Origin: Eledone cirrhosa
Lineage: Eukaryota
Reading direction: 5' to 3'
DNA length: 64,000 bases
NCBI GenBank assembly: GCA_964016885.1
Contig: OZ024759.1
Location: 28,706,001 to 28,770,000, forward strand
This document shows, piece after piece, positions 43,400 through 58,018 of the stretch. Positions within the stretch are counted from its first letter, which is position 1. The number at the start of each line of letters is the position of its first letter. The translations under genes and the position numbers were made by a program. The notes beneath the pieces were generated by a model. It worked only from the letters and a program-made list of their open reading frames with translations, had not been told where the DNA came from and made no database searches.

Positions 43400-44226
43400 T
43401 GCCACCACTACCACCAACACCACCACCACTACCACCACAACCACCAACACCACCACGACTACCACCACAAACACCACTACTACTACCACCATTAATACTG
43501 CCTCTACTACCATCATCAACATCACTACTACCACCAACACCACCACTACTGCAACCATCTGCACCACTACTACCACCAACACCACCACCACTACCACTAC
43601 TACCACCAACACCACCACTACTACCACCAACACCACCACTACTGCCACCATCAACACCACTACTATCAACAACACCACCACTACTACCACCAACACCACC
43701 ACTACTGCCACCATCAACACCACTACTACCACCAACACCACCAACACCACCACTACTACCACCATCAACACCACTACTATCAACAACACCACCACTACTA
43801 CCACCAACACCACCACTACTGCCACCATCAACACCACTACTACCACCAACACCACCAACACCACCACTACTACCACCATCAACACCACTACTACCACCAA
43901 CACCACCAACACCACCACTACTGCCACCATCAACACCACTACTACCACCAACACCACCAACACCACCACTACTACCACCATCAACACCACTACTACCACC
44001 AACACCACCAACACCACCACTACTGCCACCATCAACACCACTACTACCACCAACACCACCACTACTACCACCAACACCACCACTACTGCCACCATCAACA
44101 CCACTACTACCACCAACACCACCAACACCACCACTACTACCACCAACACCACCACTACTACCACCAACACCATCACTACTACCATCATCAATACCACCAT
44201 CACTATCTCCCAACACCACCACTACT
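43400..44226. repeat. (ACC/ACT/AAC) compound minisatellite
   Basis: Direct inspection. Confidence 0.95.
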
Positions 44227-44759
44227 AGATCTGAACGCGAGGTCTGGTGATCGGGATGTTGTGTGGTGGAATGGTGTGGTGTGGTGGTATGGTGGTGTGG
44301 TGTGGTGGTGGTGTGGTGTGGTGTGGTGTGGTGGTGTGGTGGTGAAGTGGTGTTGTGGTGTGGTGTGGTGGTGTGGTGGTGTAGTGGTGTGGTGGTATGG
44401 TGTAGTGTTGTGGTGTGGTGTGGTGGTATGGTGCAGTGTGGGGTGTGGGGTGGTGGGGTGGCGGCGTAGTGGTGTGGTGTGGATCTGGTTGCGTGGTGGA
44501 GATGATATGGAGAGAGAGATATATATACACGTATGGTCGCGTGTCATAGATAGTGAGGTTATAGTGCAATCAGGTGGTGTGGAGTGGTCGTGTCGGAGGG
44601 GGAGGGGGATAAAGTGGAATGGAGTGGGGAAGGACCGTGTCTAACTCATTAGAGAGATAATAGCAACAACAACCCCCTCCTCCTACTACTACTACTACTT
44701 CTACAAATACTTCTAATCCTACTACTACCACCACCACCACCATCACTGCTACTACCAAT

Positions 44760-44948
44760 AATAATTGCTTCTACTTTAGGCACAAGGCCAACAATTATCC
44801 CAGTGTATTACTGGTACTTTATTTTATCGACCCCGAAAGGATGAAAGGCAAAGTTAACTTCGGCGGGATTTGAACTCAGATCGTAAAGGGACATAACTAT
44901 GCTGGAAAGCATGTCCGACCCTCTACCGATACTGCCAATTCACCGCCC

Positions 44949-44949
<1 letters not shown>
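44760..44949 (-). mobile_element. Full-length SINE A
   Basis: Head GGGCGGTGAATTGGCAG; flanked by (TAA)n. Confidence 0.85.
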
Positions 44950-44990
<41 letters not shown>

Positions 44991-44992
<2 letters not shown>

Positions 44993-45140
44993 CTTGCTTG
45001 GAACTGCAAGAACCCTCCGATACGTCCTGAATATCTGAGGCTGCAGGTAGTGGCTTGATATTCATTCCAACGGACTTTCCAGTTAACCAACATCAATGAC
45101 TGAGATTCAAGGAATAACAACAATAATAATAATAATAATA
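44991..45140 (+). mobile_element. R4/Dong-like LINE extreme 3' end inside (TAA)n
   Basis: CLLGTARTLRYVLNI* matches the typical LLGTARILRxVL C-terminus; short UTR; (TAA)n on both sides. Confidence 0.7.
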
Positions 45141-45470
45141 ACAATTGCTTCTACTTTGGGCACAAGGACAACAATTGGGGGGGGGGGGCGTCAATTTGGC
45201 AATCTTCCTCTCTTCCTCATTGCGGGTAGCAGAGCCCGGATTTGGGGCCAAAGTGATAAAGTTGGAAGTGGAGAAAGAGTCATTGCACGTCATAACCGAG
45301 TCCTTTGTAAAAAGTTCATTTTAGCTGATGACAATTAATTGTATGAAAGCGCATGCGTTAAATAATGAAGGATTTAAAACAAAAAAAAAATGTTTCCACC
45401 TATCAACACACAAGTAAATGGTGGTGGTGGTGGTGGTGGTAGTAATAGTAGCATCAGTAGTAGCAGCAGC

Positions 45471-45537
<67 letters not shown>

Positions 45538-45788
45538 ATAGTAGTAGTAGTAGTTTATGTTGGAGTTATTAATCTATTGCTTATTTTCGTTGTTATTGTT
45601 ATTGTTTAGTTCTTCTTGTTGTTGTTGTTTTACTGCCACCGGATGTGCGTGTCTTTACACATCTGCCTGCCTGCGTTCTCGTGCACGCGTGGAATGTGTT
45701 CATGTGTGTGTTTGTGTCTACATATGCGTTCATAAATGTGTATATATGTGTGTGTGTGTATGTGTGTATCTACATATGCGTTCAAAAA

Positions 45789-45840
<52 letters not shown>

Positions 45841-45879
45841 AGTGTGTGTGAGTGTGTGTGCGTGCGTGTGTGTGTATGC

Positions 45880-45926
<47 letters not shown>

Positions 45927-45947
45927 TACATGTGTGTGTGTGTATAC

Positions 45948-45978
<31 letters not shown>

Positions 45979-46353
45979 TGTATGTGTGTGTGTACGTTGG
46001 AAAATATGCAAAATGTATTTATCTACCCGCATGTTAGTTACATAACTGCGTGTATATACATACATATATACATATATACATACATATATACATACATATA
46101 CACATACGTATATACATACATATACACATGCGCACATGGATGCATACCTTCATACATACGTACATAAATACATACATATATATATACACACATCTAGAGA
46201 GACGCACACACACAAACACATGTATTACGTACATTTATGTGTATTATATAATAGTTGTAGCATATATACGATATATGTGTATGCGAGTGTGTGTGCGTGT
46301 GTGTGTATGTGAGTATTTATATACATTATATATATATATACATATATATATAT

Positions 46354-46458
<105 letters not shown>

Positions 46459-46582
46459 AATAAACACAGTAAATTGTGTCTAAAATTACGAGGGTTGAAA
46501 TACCACATTGGTTTGATAAATTTAACCTAAAGCAAACGGAAGATATAGAATATATATACAGACCGTTTCAATAACTATTTCA

Positions 46583-46669
46583 TCTCTCGCACAGATTAGA
46601 GATTTAATCTGTTTCGCCCTGAAAATTGTGTTTGTAACAGATAATCTGTAGGCTTTCCTCAGCGAGAGA
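46583..46669 (-). ncRNA. Hammerhead motif with long stems I and III but a GUG at the cleavage site
   Basis: Minus strand TCTCTCG-CTGAGGA-..-GAA-ACAGATTA AATCTC TAATCTGT-G-CGAGAGA. Confidence 0.65.
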
Positions 46670-46841
46670 CAAGATTAGAGAGAGAGAGAGGGAGAGAGGT
46701 GATGCCATTAAGTTAGACATGGCCTGGGCTAATATTGTCCGATACCTATCAAAGTTTTCAAAGTTAAGTTATATATATATATATATACAATCTGTATGTG
46801 TGTGTGTGTATAGAATATGAGTTTCTGTGTGTATATATACA

Positions 46842-46896
<55 letters not shown>

Positions 46897-46918
46897 ATCA
46901 ACAGAGATTGCACCCAAA

Positions 46919-47123
46919 GGCACGTGACTTAGTTGTTAGAATGTTCGGCTCCAGATCCTAATGTCGAGATATCAATTACGAGACCTGGCGGCGAGTTATG
47001 TCCTTCAGCAAGACACTTCCTTATTTCACATTGCTCCAGAGTTGGATTCGCAATCGTGAGGTTGCGAGTTCGATTTCCGGACCGGGCGATGCGTTGTGTC
47101 CTTGAGCAAGAGACTTTATTTCA
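46919..47123 (+). mobile_element. Two tRNA-derived SINE B fragments
   Basis: GAGTTCGATTTCC B-box; GTTGTGTCCTTGAGCAAGA CORE/V-like motif. Confidence 0.65.
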
Positions 47124-47194
47124 GCAGCACTACTACTATTACTACAACTACTACTACCATTATTTCTACTACCACCACCACCACCACCACCATC

Positions 47195-47228
<34 letters not shown>

Positions 47229-47238
47229 GTCCAAAACC

Positions 47239-47278
<40 letters not shown>

Positions 47279-48133
47279 ATTCCATGGAAGCAATTCTAAG
47301 ATTTATGCTGAAGCGAACTATGTGAAGCTTCCCAGCGAGGCAAAGTTGGCAAAGATTTGGTCCGTTTCCAATTAACTAACTACAACTTATCTAACATTGC
47401 CCATGAGAGAAACCAGTGATCTCTCTCATGTCTCTTGATTTCTAAATCTACTTTGAAAGAACTGCAGGGTTTCTCCTGTGCGGCAATGACGGAACGAATT
47501 GTCACGCTGCTACAGAATACTGCACTTGAAGAAATGCTGGGTTGCAGTAGCAGTAGTAGCTTGTTAATGTGTTGCCGAGGGAGGATATCAGCCCGGTATA
47601 CAATGCATTTCCCTACACATTTGCCCTTAAGGGGTCACATTTCCATATTTCAGCAATCATATGTCAGCCCTCTTTGATCTATGTTCCATTGCCATATTTT
47701 TGCATTCTAGCACCTGCTGGCTATAAACATCATTGTTTTTGGCAGCTGTTGCTTACTATAATCTATGTGTGTGTGTGTGTGTGAATGTATGTATGTATGT
47801 ATGTATGTATGTATGTATGTATGTATGTATGTATGTATGTATGTATGTATGTATGTATGTATGTATGTATGTGTATGTATGTATATGTATGTATATAGGT
47901 ATGTATGTATGAATGTATGTATGCGTATGTATGTAGGTATGTATGTATGAATGTATGTATGTATATGTATGTATGTGTGTATGCATGAGTGTGAGTGTAT
48001 GCATGAGTGTGAGTGTATGCATGTATGTATTTATGTGTGTGTGTGTGTGTATGTAAATATGTATGTATGTGTGTGTATGTGTATATATGATTTTGTGTAT
48101 GTGTGTGTATGCATGTAAATATTTATATATGTA

Positions 48134-48200
<67 letters not shown>

Positions 48201-49033
48201 GTGTATATATGTATGGATAGATGGGTGTGTATGAGTGAGTGTGTGTGCATGTGTGGTTTGGCATAAATACAACCTAACGATTACAGCCGTACGACACACA
48301 CATACATGAGTGTGTATATACATATATATATATATACATGAATGTGTGTATATGTATATATGTGTGAGTGTGTACAAAAGAAAAGAGCAATCGCCACATA
48401 ATGAGCAAGTTGAGAATATTTGTGTTAAGAGTGGCCGTAAATACGATCGGCTGTTTGAGAACAGCCAGCGACACCCGCTACTTCGGCCATACCACAATAC
48501 AGGGCTCCTTCCTTAGGCGGGATGCACACTACCCATCCCTGTGGTGAAATTATACAACTGTTTCAGTTTTAACACACACACACACACACACCCACACACA
48601 CACACACACACACAGAAGTTCATGCCAACTCACAAACATATGTACACAAGTTAACACAGACACACACCACCACCACCACCCACCACCCACCACCCACCAG
48701 CACCACCACCACCACCCACCACCCACCACCACCACCACCACCACCCACCACCACCCACCACCACCCACCAGCACCACCACCCACCACCACCCACCACCAC
48801 CCACCAGCACCACCAACACCACCACCACCACCACCACCACCACCACCCACCACCACCCACCAGCACCACCACCACCCACCACCACCACCACCACCCACCA
48901 CCACCACCACCAACACCACCAACACCACTACCACCACAACACCACCACCACCACCACAACCACCACCCACAGTAGGGGACTTCACAGAATGACCGAATAA
49001 AACACACTTGTAAGTACAAATCCGTACGCACAG

Positions 49034-49069
<36 letters not shown>

Positions 49070-49210
49070 CCATATATAAGTTCGCACACAGCTATAAACA
49101 TACATGCATATAACCTTGTACTAGCAGAAATGCACACACCCACGCACAATTAGACATGCACAACTACGTATGCACAGACACACATTCATATAAGTATATA
49201 TGCATGTATA

Positions 49211-49287
<77 letters not shown>

Positions 49288-49383
49288 ATATATGTAATTA
49301 AGTAAAGTCAGAAAGGAAGGGAGAAAAACTGATTAAATTCAAACAAAATATATATTAAATTGCAGGGTCTTAGCAAAAGAGCC

Positions 49384-49485
<102 letters not shown>

Positions 49486-49562
49486 AAAACTCCCATAAAT
49501 ATATCAAAAATGACACAATACGCAAAACCTCGTCTAACCTGAACCCGTATCCTGATACACTG

Positions 49563-49636
<74 letters not shown>

Positions 49637-49742
49637 CTCAGTGTGTGTGTATGATATATATAATTTCCATATTTGTCCCAGATAAACATTATATGTTATG
49701 GAGCTGGGACAAGATGGCCGCCATACAGATACATACGCACAA

Positions 49743-49787
<45 letters not shown>

Positions 49788-49835
49788 ATATATACGTGCT
49801 GATACACACACACACACAAGCACACAGATATATAC

Positions 49836-49866
<31 letters not shown>

Positions 49867-50202
49867 TATTAAAATAACAGATTAAAGTTTAAGCAAAGAA
49901 TCGCTGCTTTCACCCTTAGTCTTCAAATTTATTATTATTACTACATATATATATATATATATACGTATATGTATGTGCGTGTATGTATATGCATATATAT
50001 ATATATGTGTGTGTATGTGTGAATGTGTGTGTGTGTGTGTACACCTCATCGAATGGACCAGGAACATAATGGCTGCCACTCATATACATGTGAAGCGTCT
50101 GACACATACATACATATAAAGACATATACACACAAACACATACATATGCATACATACATATATATATATGGTAGAAATATATACATATATACATATATAT
50201 AC

Positions 50203-50233
<31 letters not shown>

Positions 50234-50286
50234 CATATATACACATATATATACATATCTTATCAAATGATTCTATGGACATAATT

Positions 50287-50351
<65 letters not shown>

Positions 50352-50550
50352 TTACATACAAACACACATATATATATATATTTAGTATAAATATATATAT
50401 ATATAATATTTATATACATATATATATATACTTGCATAAGCACATACATGTGAAAAATATGCATGTATATATATATACACACAGACATTTATAGGTATTT
50501 ATGCTTATATAACCGTATACATGTAAATAATTATCTCTATATATACATAC

Positions 50551-50664
<114 letters not shown>

Positions 50665-50955
50665 ATACAACATGGCGGGGCAGCAGTGTGACAGTTGTGA
50701 AAACGTGACGACGATAAGACAGACGCCTACACAGTGCAACCCCACCCGGGGTGGGCAGAAGTGGGCTACATGCTTGGGTTGGAGGGTGGTGTGGTGATGG
50801 TACTGGTGTAGGTGTGTGCGTGTGTGGAAGTTACTGGAGGTTTGCAGGTCAGGGGAGAAAGGAAGGAAAGGAGGATAGAATGCAGAGCATATGTGAGGAG
50901 GGTGAAATGTATGAAGGTTTGTATGTATGTGTTTATGTATGCATGTGTATATATG

Positions 50956-50996
<41 letters not shown>

Positions 50997-51054
50997 ATAC
51001 ATATATATATGTGTGTATATATATACATATATATATATATATATAGATAGATAG

Positions 51055-51116
<62 letters not shown>

Positions 51117-51179
51117 AAATATACATATATATGTGTGTATATATACATACATATATATATACACATATAAATAGATAGT

Positions 51180-51235
<56 letters not shown>

Positions 51236-51360
51236 GTACATACAAACATATAATATATACATAAATACTAATAAACATACATATATACATATATGCATAC
51301 ACACATATAGATATACATATATACACACAGATACGCACACTCTCTCTCTCTCTCTCTATA

Positions 51361-51411
<51 letters not shown>

Positions 51412-52180
51412 AATATATATATATACAGACAGAGAGAGAGAGAGGAGGGAGAGAGAGAGAAGGGGGAGGGAGGGAGAGAGAGAGAGAGAGAAAGAAAGGT
51501 GTGAGAGAAGAAGAGCAAAGACTGGGTGGAGAGGGTGAGTTGAACATGTTTGATAGAGAGGAAGGAAGAGATGTGTGAAGGGGAGTGTTGAAGGTTGAAG
51601 ACGTGGTGGGAGTAGATTCGGAGTTGGTGGTGGTGGGGAGAGGTATAGGGCGGATGGCGTGGGTGGGGTGGACGGAAACATGATTGGGAAGAAGAAAAGT
51701 AAAAAAAAAAAGAAAAGTAAAAAAAATGAGAGAGGGGGCGAGAGAAAAAGAGAAAGAGAGAGAGAGCCAGTGAAGAAGAAGAAGAAGAAGAAGAAGAAGA
51801 AGAAGAAGAAACGATCATATGCATAAATATTAGGGGACAAATATTCACACACACACACAGAAAAACACATATACATACAGACAGACAAACACATACAGAC
51901 ACACACACACAGACAAACACATATACAGACAGACAAACACATACATACACATACAGACACACACACACAGACAAACACATATACAGACAGACAAACACAT
52001 ACAGACACACATACACAGACACACACATACATACACATACAGACACACAGACACACACACACAGACAAACACATATACATACAGACAGACAAACACATAC
52101 ACATACAGACACACATACAGACACACACACAGAACAAACACATATACATTCAGACAAACAAACACATTCATACACATAAA

Positions 52181-52222
<42 letters not shown>

Positions 52223-52382
52223 CAGACAAACACATATACATACAGATACACAGACACACACACACACATACATACACAGGCAAACACATATACATACACA
52301 CACAGACGCACACACACACACACACAGACACGCACACACAATTTCCCAAACGAAAGCAAACATTGGAAAGAAGGACATATGA

Positions 52383-52426
<44 letters not shown>

Positions 52427-52592
52427 AGGAAGGAAAGAAGTAGACATAATGATTTCTTAAATAGGCACAAGGCCAGCAATTTCGGGGGAGGGGAAAGTCG
52501 ATTAAATCGACCCCAGGAGGAGAGATTTATGATTTAAAGATTCTACTACTTTGCTGTTCCCTGTATCTTGATCTTGTAAAGAGAGTAGTGTT

Positions 52593-52627
52593 CGCTGAGG
52601 AGATCTAATATGATCGAAAGATGTTCG
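52593..52627 (+). ncRNA. Degenerate minimal hammerhead
   Basis: CG-CTGAGGA-GATC TAATAT GATC-GAA-AGATGT-T-CG. Confidence 0.5.
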
Positions 52628-52723
52628 TGGATTGTATTGATAGCTGTAATTCAACGTTCCAACTTTGCTTCTATCATTTCTACACAGAGGCACAGACACC
52701 CACGCACTCATATACATACATAG

Positions 52724-52754
<31 letters not shown>

Positions 52755-52764
52755 TAGACACACG

Positions 52765-52865
<101 letters not shown>

Positions 52866-52874
52866 GTATTTATC

Positions 52875-53046
52875 AAAGGAATTGTGGTAAGGAACCAGAT
52901 GGACCATAACGCACCAGAGTACTCAATACTTAGGGTAGTAGAGTGGGAAATAGTATGACCCCGACGGCAGAGCTCAAGCCGTTTCGACGGCTATTTCTGG
53001 ACTGAGTCCAGAAATAGCTCTGCCGTCGGGGTCATACTTTTTTCTA
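52875..53046. mobile_element. PLE pLTR-like repeat (GCCGTCGGGG family), fold-back copy
   Basis: Homology to 7693-7872. Confidence 0.7.
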
Positions 53047-53103
53047 TATATCTATTTATATTACATATATATATATGTATGTATGTATGCATGCATGCAT
53101 GCA

Positions 53104-53162
<59 letters not shown>

Positions 53163-53171
53163 GCATGTATG

Positions 53172-53205
<34 letters not shown>

Positions 53206-53404
53206 CATGTATGTATATATATATATAGATATATGTATGTATGCATGCATGTATGTATATATATATATATGTATGTATGTATATATATATATGTATGTAT
53301 GTATATGCATGCGTGCGTGTGTGTCCTTGGTTCTGTGTGTGTGGGGGTGTATGTGTGTGTGTATGAATTATAGAGACAATATGTTGCAAGGTTGGACCTC
53401 TCTC

Positions 53405-53463
<59 letters not shown>

Positions 53464-53473
53464 ATATATATAC

Positions 53474-53514
<41 letters not shown>

Positions 53515-53839
53515 AATATAATGTACATGTACATAGAAGCAGTGGGGTGGGGGGTTGATACACCACCCCACACTACTCCCATACATACACTCCCCCACTC
53601 CTCAAACAACAAAAAAATTCGTCACAGCAGAACCCATGGGTAGCATTTTTTGTTCACCATGAAACAATGTAAGTGGGTGAGAAACTGTGTCTTGGTGGTG
53701 GTGGTGGTGGTGGTGGTGGTGGTGGGGCTTCTAGAGATGGAGGTGGGGTGAGGTGGGGCTTCTAGTGATGATGGCAGTGGTGGTGGTGGTGGTGGTGGTA
53801 ATGATGATGAGGACTTCTAATGTGGGATACTAGTGGTGG

Positions 53840-53870
<31 letters not shown>

Positions 53871-54429
53871 GATGGTGGTGGTGATAGTGGTGTTTATGGT
53901 GGTGGTGGTGGTGGTGGTGGTGGTGATAGTGGTGTTTATGGTGGTGGTGGTGGTGGTGGTGGTGGTGATGATGGTGGTGGTGGTGGTGGTGGTGGTGGCG
54001 GTGGTGGTGGTGGTGGTGGTGGTGGTGGTGGTAGTGGTGGTGATGGGAATGGTGGTAGTGGTGGAGGGGACGTCTTATTGTGGTAAAGCTGGGGACCGCT
54101 TATGTGAGTATTTGAGTGGGCGTCTGTAGTGGGTGCTGTGTAGAGGGTTATGTCAGAGGTGACATGATTTAGAACGTGATTAGTGTGTGGGGTGAAGGGC
54201 CAAGGTAGGGGTGGATGTTCTTGTAACTGGGGTGGCGGGGTGTTGACTGAAAATTTAGAAAGTTTCCGCAGAAAAGTTCTAAAAGTGTAAACTCTGTTAA
54301 AATGTTTTGTCCATGGAGGGCCAAATGGTTAAATAGTTTGTCTTCTGCACAATGTCGAGGACCCGGGTTTGATCTACATTATCTTAATAGGTTTATATTG
54401 AGCTCCCTTGTCTTTCCAGTCAGCTTAGG

Positions 54430-54566
<137 letters not shown>

Positions 54567-54577
54567 CACACACACAC

Positions 54578-54664
<87 letters not shown>

Positions 54665-54688
54665 TGTGTGTGTGTATATGTATATATG

Positions 54689-54939
<251 letters not shown>

Positions 54940-54942
54940 ATG

Positions 54943-54980
<38 letters not shown>

Positions 54981-55168
54981 ACTAACAGTATTACTAATAT
55001 ATATATATATATATATATAGTGAAAAGATAACAAGGACGATTGGTTATTCCTTAATTACATTTATTGGTTGGTGACGCGCGTTTCGCCACTGATCAGCTG
55101 ACCTGCAAAGTGTTTCCGTAGGTAAGGTAAAGGAAAAGAGAGTGCTCTATGTAGGCTACAGAGCTATT

Positions 55169-55394
55169 TAGTTATGTAATAAACAACATAAGACAATTAT
55201 TCCATTTACCAAAGGTTTCACGAAGACAGACGAGCTCGACACAGACGTCTGAAATCGCTCATCAGAATGAAATTGTATTTCATCGAATAAAATTTCATTC
55301 TGATGAGCGATTTCAGACGTCTGTCGAGCTCGTCTGTCTTCGTGAAACCTTTGGTAAATGGAATAATTGTCTTATGTTGTTTATTACATAACTA
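55169..55394. repeat. Inverted repeat (about 105 bp arms), each arm with a hammerhead
   Basis: Arms 55169-55274 and 55291-55394 differ by a 2 nt indel. Confidence 0.9.
55296..55360 (+). ncRNA. Type I hammerhead ribozyme, intact core
   Basis: CATT-CTGATGA-GCGA..TCGT-GAA-ACC TTT GGT-A-AATG; inverted twin at 55204-55269. Confidence 0.8.
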
Positions 55395-55458
55395 TATATA
55401 TATATATATCATATTATATGTACAGATGAAGTCTTCATATTTATTATTACTGCATACA

Positions 55459-55491
<33 letters not shown>

Positions 55492-56046
55492 CTATGTATA
55501 TATATGTATATATATGTTTGTGTGTATGTATATCTATATGTGTGTATGTGTGTATGTGTACATATGTTTTCTTATATTAAAAAAACCATATTTGTTCATG
55601 AAAGACAAACTTCAGTTTTCGAAATCCCTAATGACTAAAAAGAAAACAAAAACAACTCTCCCACCCGTCAACCACCACGACCACCACCACTACCACCACC
55701 ACTACCACCACCACCACCACCTCCACCACCCCACCAACTCCCCACCAACTCCAACAAGCCACCTCCACCAACTACAACTACCACTACCACCATCGCCACC
55801 ACCAATTCCTCCACCATCACCCCCAATACACCATCACCATCAACACCAACACCAACCCCCCCACTACCACACCCAACAACAACAACAACAACAACAGCAG
55901 CAGCAGCAGCCACAACAAACAGTATCGTGCAACAATTGTGACGTATCCCATCTTCTATTACTTCTGTCAAAACCCAGTTCATGAAGACATTGGAGTCAAA
56001 TTTTAGTCTGACCTCATGACCTCGTTTAATGTCTCGTGAAACCACG

Positions 56047-56152
56047 AGGGTGTGTGGCTTAGTGGTTAGGGTGTCCGGTTCACAATCGTAAGGTTTGAGT
56101 TTTATTTTTGGACCAGTTGCCGTGTTGTGCCCTTAAGCAAGACACTTTATTT
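56047..56152 (+). mobile_element. SINE B 5' part
   Basis: GTGGCTTAGTGGTTAG A-box; GTGTTGTGCCCTTAAGCAAGACACTT. Confidence 0.65.
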
Positions 56153-56299
56153 AAGATGTGCAAGGTGGATGGAAAGAAACTCCCTATGTAAAATTGTTGA
56201 TAACTTTCTTAATTATTGATCGATTTTCGCGTAAATGATGTTTTATTTCGAACAGTACAATGGTAGAAGTAATGTACAGGGCTAAAATTCTACATAGGC

Positions 56300-56355
<56 letters not shown>

Positions 56356-56357
<2 letters not shown>

Positions 56358-56520
56358 TGAATTGGCAGTATCGGTAGAGGGTCGGGCATGTTTTCCAGCA
56401 TAGTTACGTCCCTTTACGATCTGAGTTCAAATCCGGCCGAGGTTAACGGGGTCGATAAAATAAAGTACCAGTAATGCACTGGGTAATTGCTGGCCTTGTG
56501 CTAAAAGTAGACACAATTAT
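56356..56520 (+). mobile_element. SINE A with internal deletion
   Basis: Homology to other copies. Confidence 0.8.
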
Positions 56521-56536
56521 ATATATATCGTAAATA

Positions 56537-56570
<34 letters not shown>

Positions 56571-56886
56571 GAGAGAGAGAGAGAAAGAGAGAGAGAGGGT
56601 AGAGTTAAAGGGAGATGTATATGGAGAGAGAGAAGTAGAGAAAGAGATGAGAAAGAGTGAGAAGGGGGGGAAGAGAGAGAGAGAGAGAGAGAGAGAGATG
56701 GTATTTCTCTGTTTTCCGGTGACAAACTCGGTGATGGTATTGATTTGAGAGGTTGTACTGTTAGGTGAAACCGACAAAAAAAACTGGACCGGAAGATAAG
56801 GAGGATGTGGAGGCGGATTGGATGTGGGGTCCTTCGTCGCTTTCGGCGATCAACATTCAGTTGTTCCATCAATTACCGTATAAGAT

Positions 56887-57292
56887 GGCTGGGTGTTCCA
56901 CAGGCACGTGTACCATTATTTAAATTCTCCGCCAGAATTAGTGCGACACAAGATGTGAGAAGGCTAGACCTTTGAATTAAAGGTACAGTCCATCTTGTAT
57001 TGTTGTGTAACTGGCTGAGTATTCCACAGACACGTGTACCATTATTTAAATTCTCCGCCAGAATTAGTGCGACACAAGATGTGAGAAGGCTAGACCTTTG
57101 AATTAAAGGTACAGTCCATCTTGTATTGTTGTGTAACTGGCTGAGTATTCCACAGACACGTGTACCATTATTTAAATTCTCCGCCAGAATTAGTGCGACA
57201 CAAGATGTGAGAAGGCTAGACCTTTGAATTAAAGGTACAGTCCATCTTGTATTGTTGTGTAACTGGCTGAGTATTCCACAGGCACGTGTACC
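56887..57292. repeat. 126 bp tandem repeat, about 3.2 near-identical copies
   Basis: Unit starts at 56887, 57013, 57139 and 57265. Confidence 0.95.
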
Positions 57293-57439
57293 CTGAACAT
57301 AATCCCTCGTTTACGCAGAACTATTGACTGATTGAATGGAAATGAAGTGGGTGAGGTGTGTCATTGAGTGGACGAGATAACTCAATGAGTGAGCGGTGAG
57401 ACTCTGTGGAGATTAAATAGAATTACTCTTACTCATAGG

Positions 57440-58018
57440 CTCTGACGCCATGCTTTGCAGCATAGAGTTACGGCCCTTTGTTGTCTCAGTTCAAATTCTG
57501 CCGAAGTTAACTTTGCCTTTCATTCCTACGGGGTCGATAGAATAAAGTACCAGTAATACACTGGGATAATTGCTGGCCTTGTGCCAAAAGTAGAAACATT
57601 ATGATGTTGGTGTTTAGGGCGGAGGATTGGTAGAATCAGTAGAGCGTCGAATAACATGCTTTACAATATAGAGTTACGTCAATCCCGCCGATGTTAGCTT
57701 TGTCTTTCATTCTAACAGGGTCGATAAAATAAAATACCAGTAATGTACTGGGGGTTCGATTTAATCGACCTTCTCCTCCCCAAAACTTGTTGGCCTTGTG
57801 CCAAAATCAGAAACCATTATTAAGGCGGTGGATTGGCAGTATCGGTAGAGGGTCGGACGCCATGCTTTGAAGCATAGAGTTACCTCCCTTTATGATCCGA
57901 GTTCAAATCCCGCCGAGGTTCACTTTGCCTTTCATCCTTACGGGGGTCGATAAAATAAAGTACCAGTAATGTACTGGGGTAATTGCTGGCCTTGTGCCAA
58001 ATGTAGAAACAATTATTA
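57440..58018 (+). mobile_element. Three head-to-tail SINE A copies
   Basis: About 57440-57600, 57616-57822 and 57823-58018. Confidence 0.85.

Noticed and set aside
43284-44250. Mucin-, extensin- or glycine-rich-like ORFs (also 26247-29314)
   Set aside because: Open in several frames on both strands because of triplet repeats; no signal peptide or unique domain.
48380-48560. Unique island possibly a coding exon (also 4570-5050, 50668-50780)
   Set aside because: The frames examined give short, unrecognisable peptides; cannot be supported without expression data.
55169-55394. Long hairpins as miRNA precursors
   Set aside because: Near-perfect arms, repeat-family membership and hammerhead cores point to retroelement inversions; no known mature miRNA recognised.
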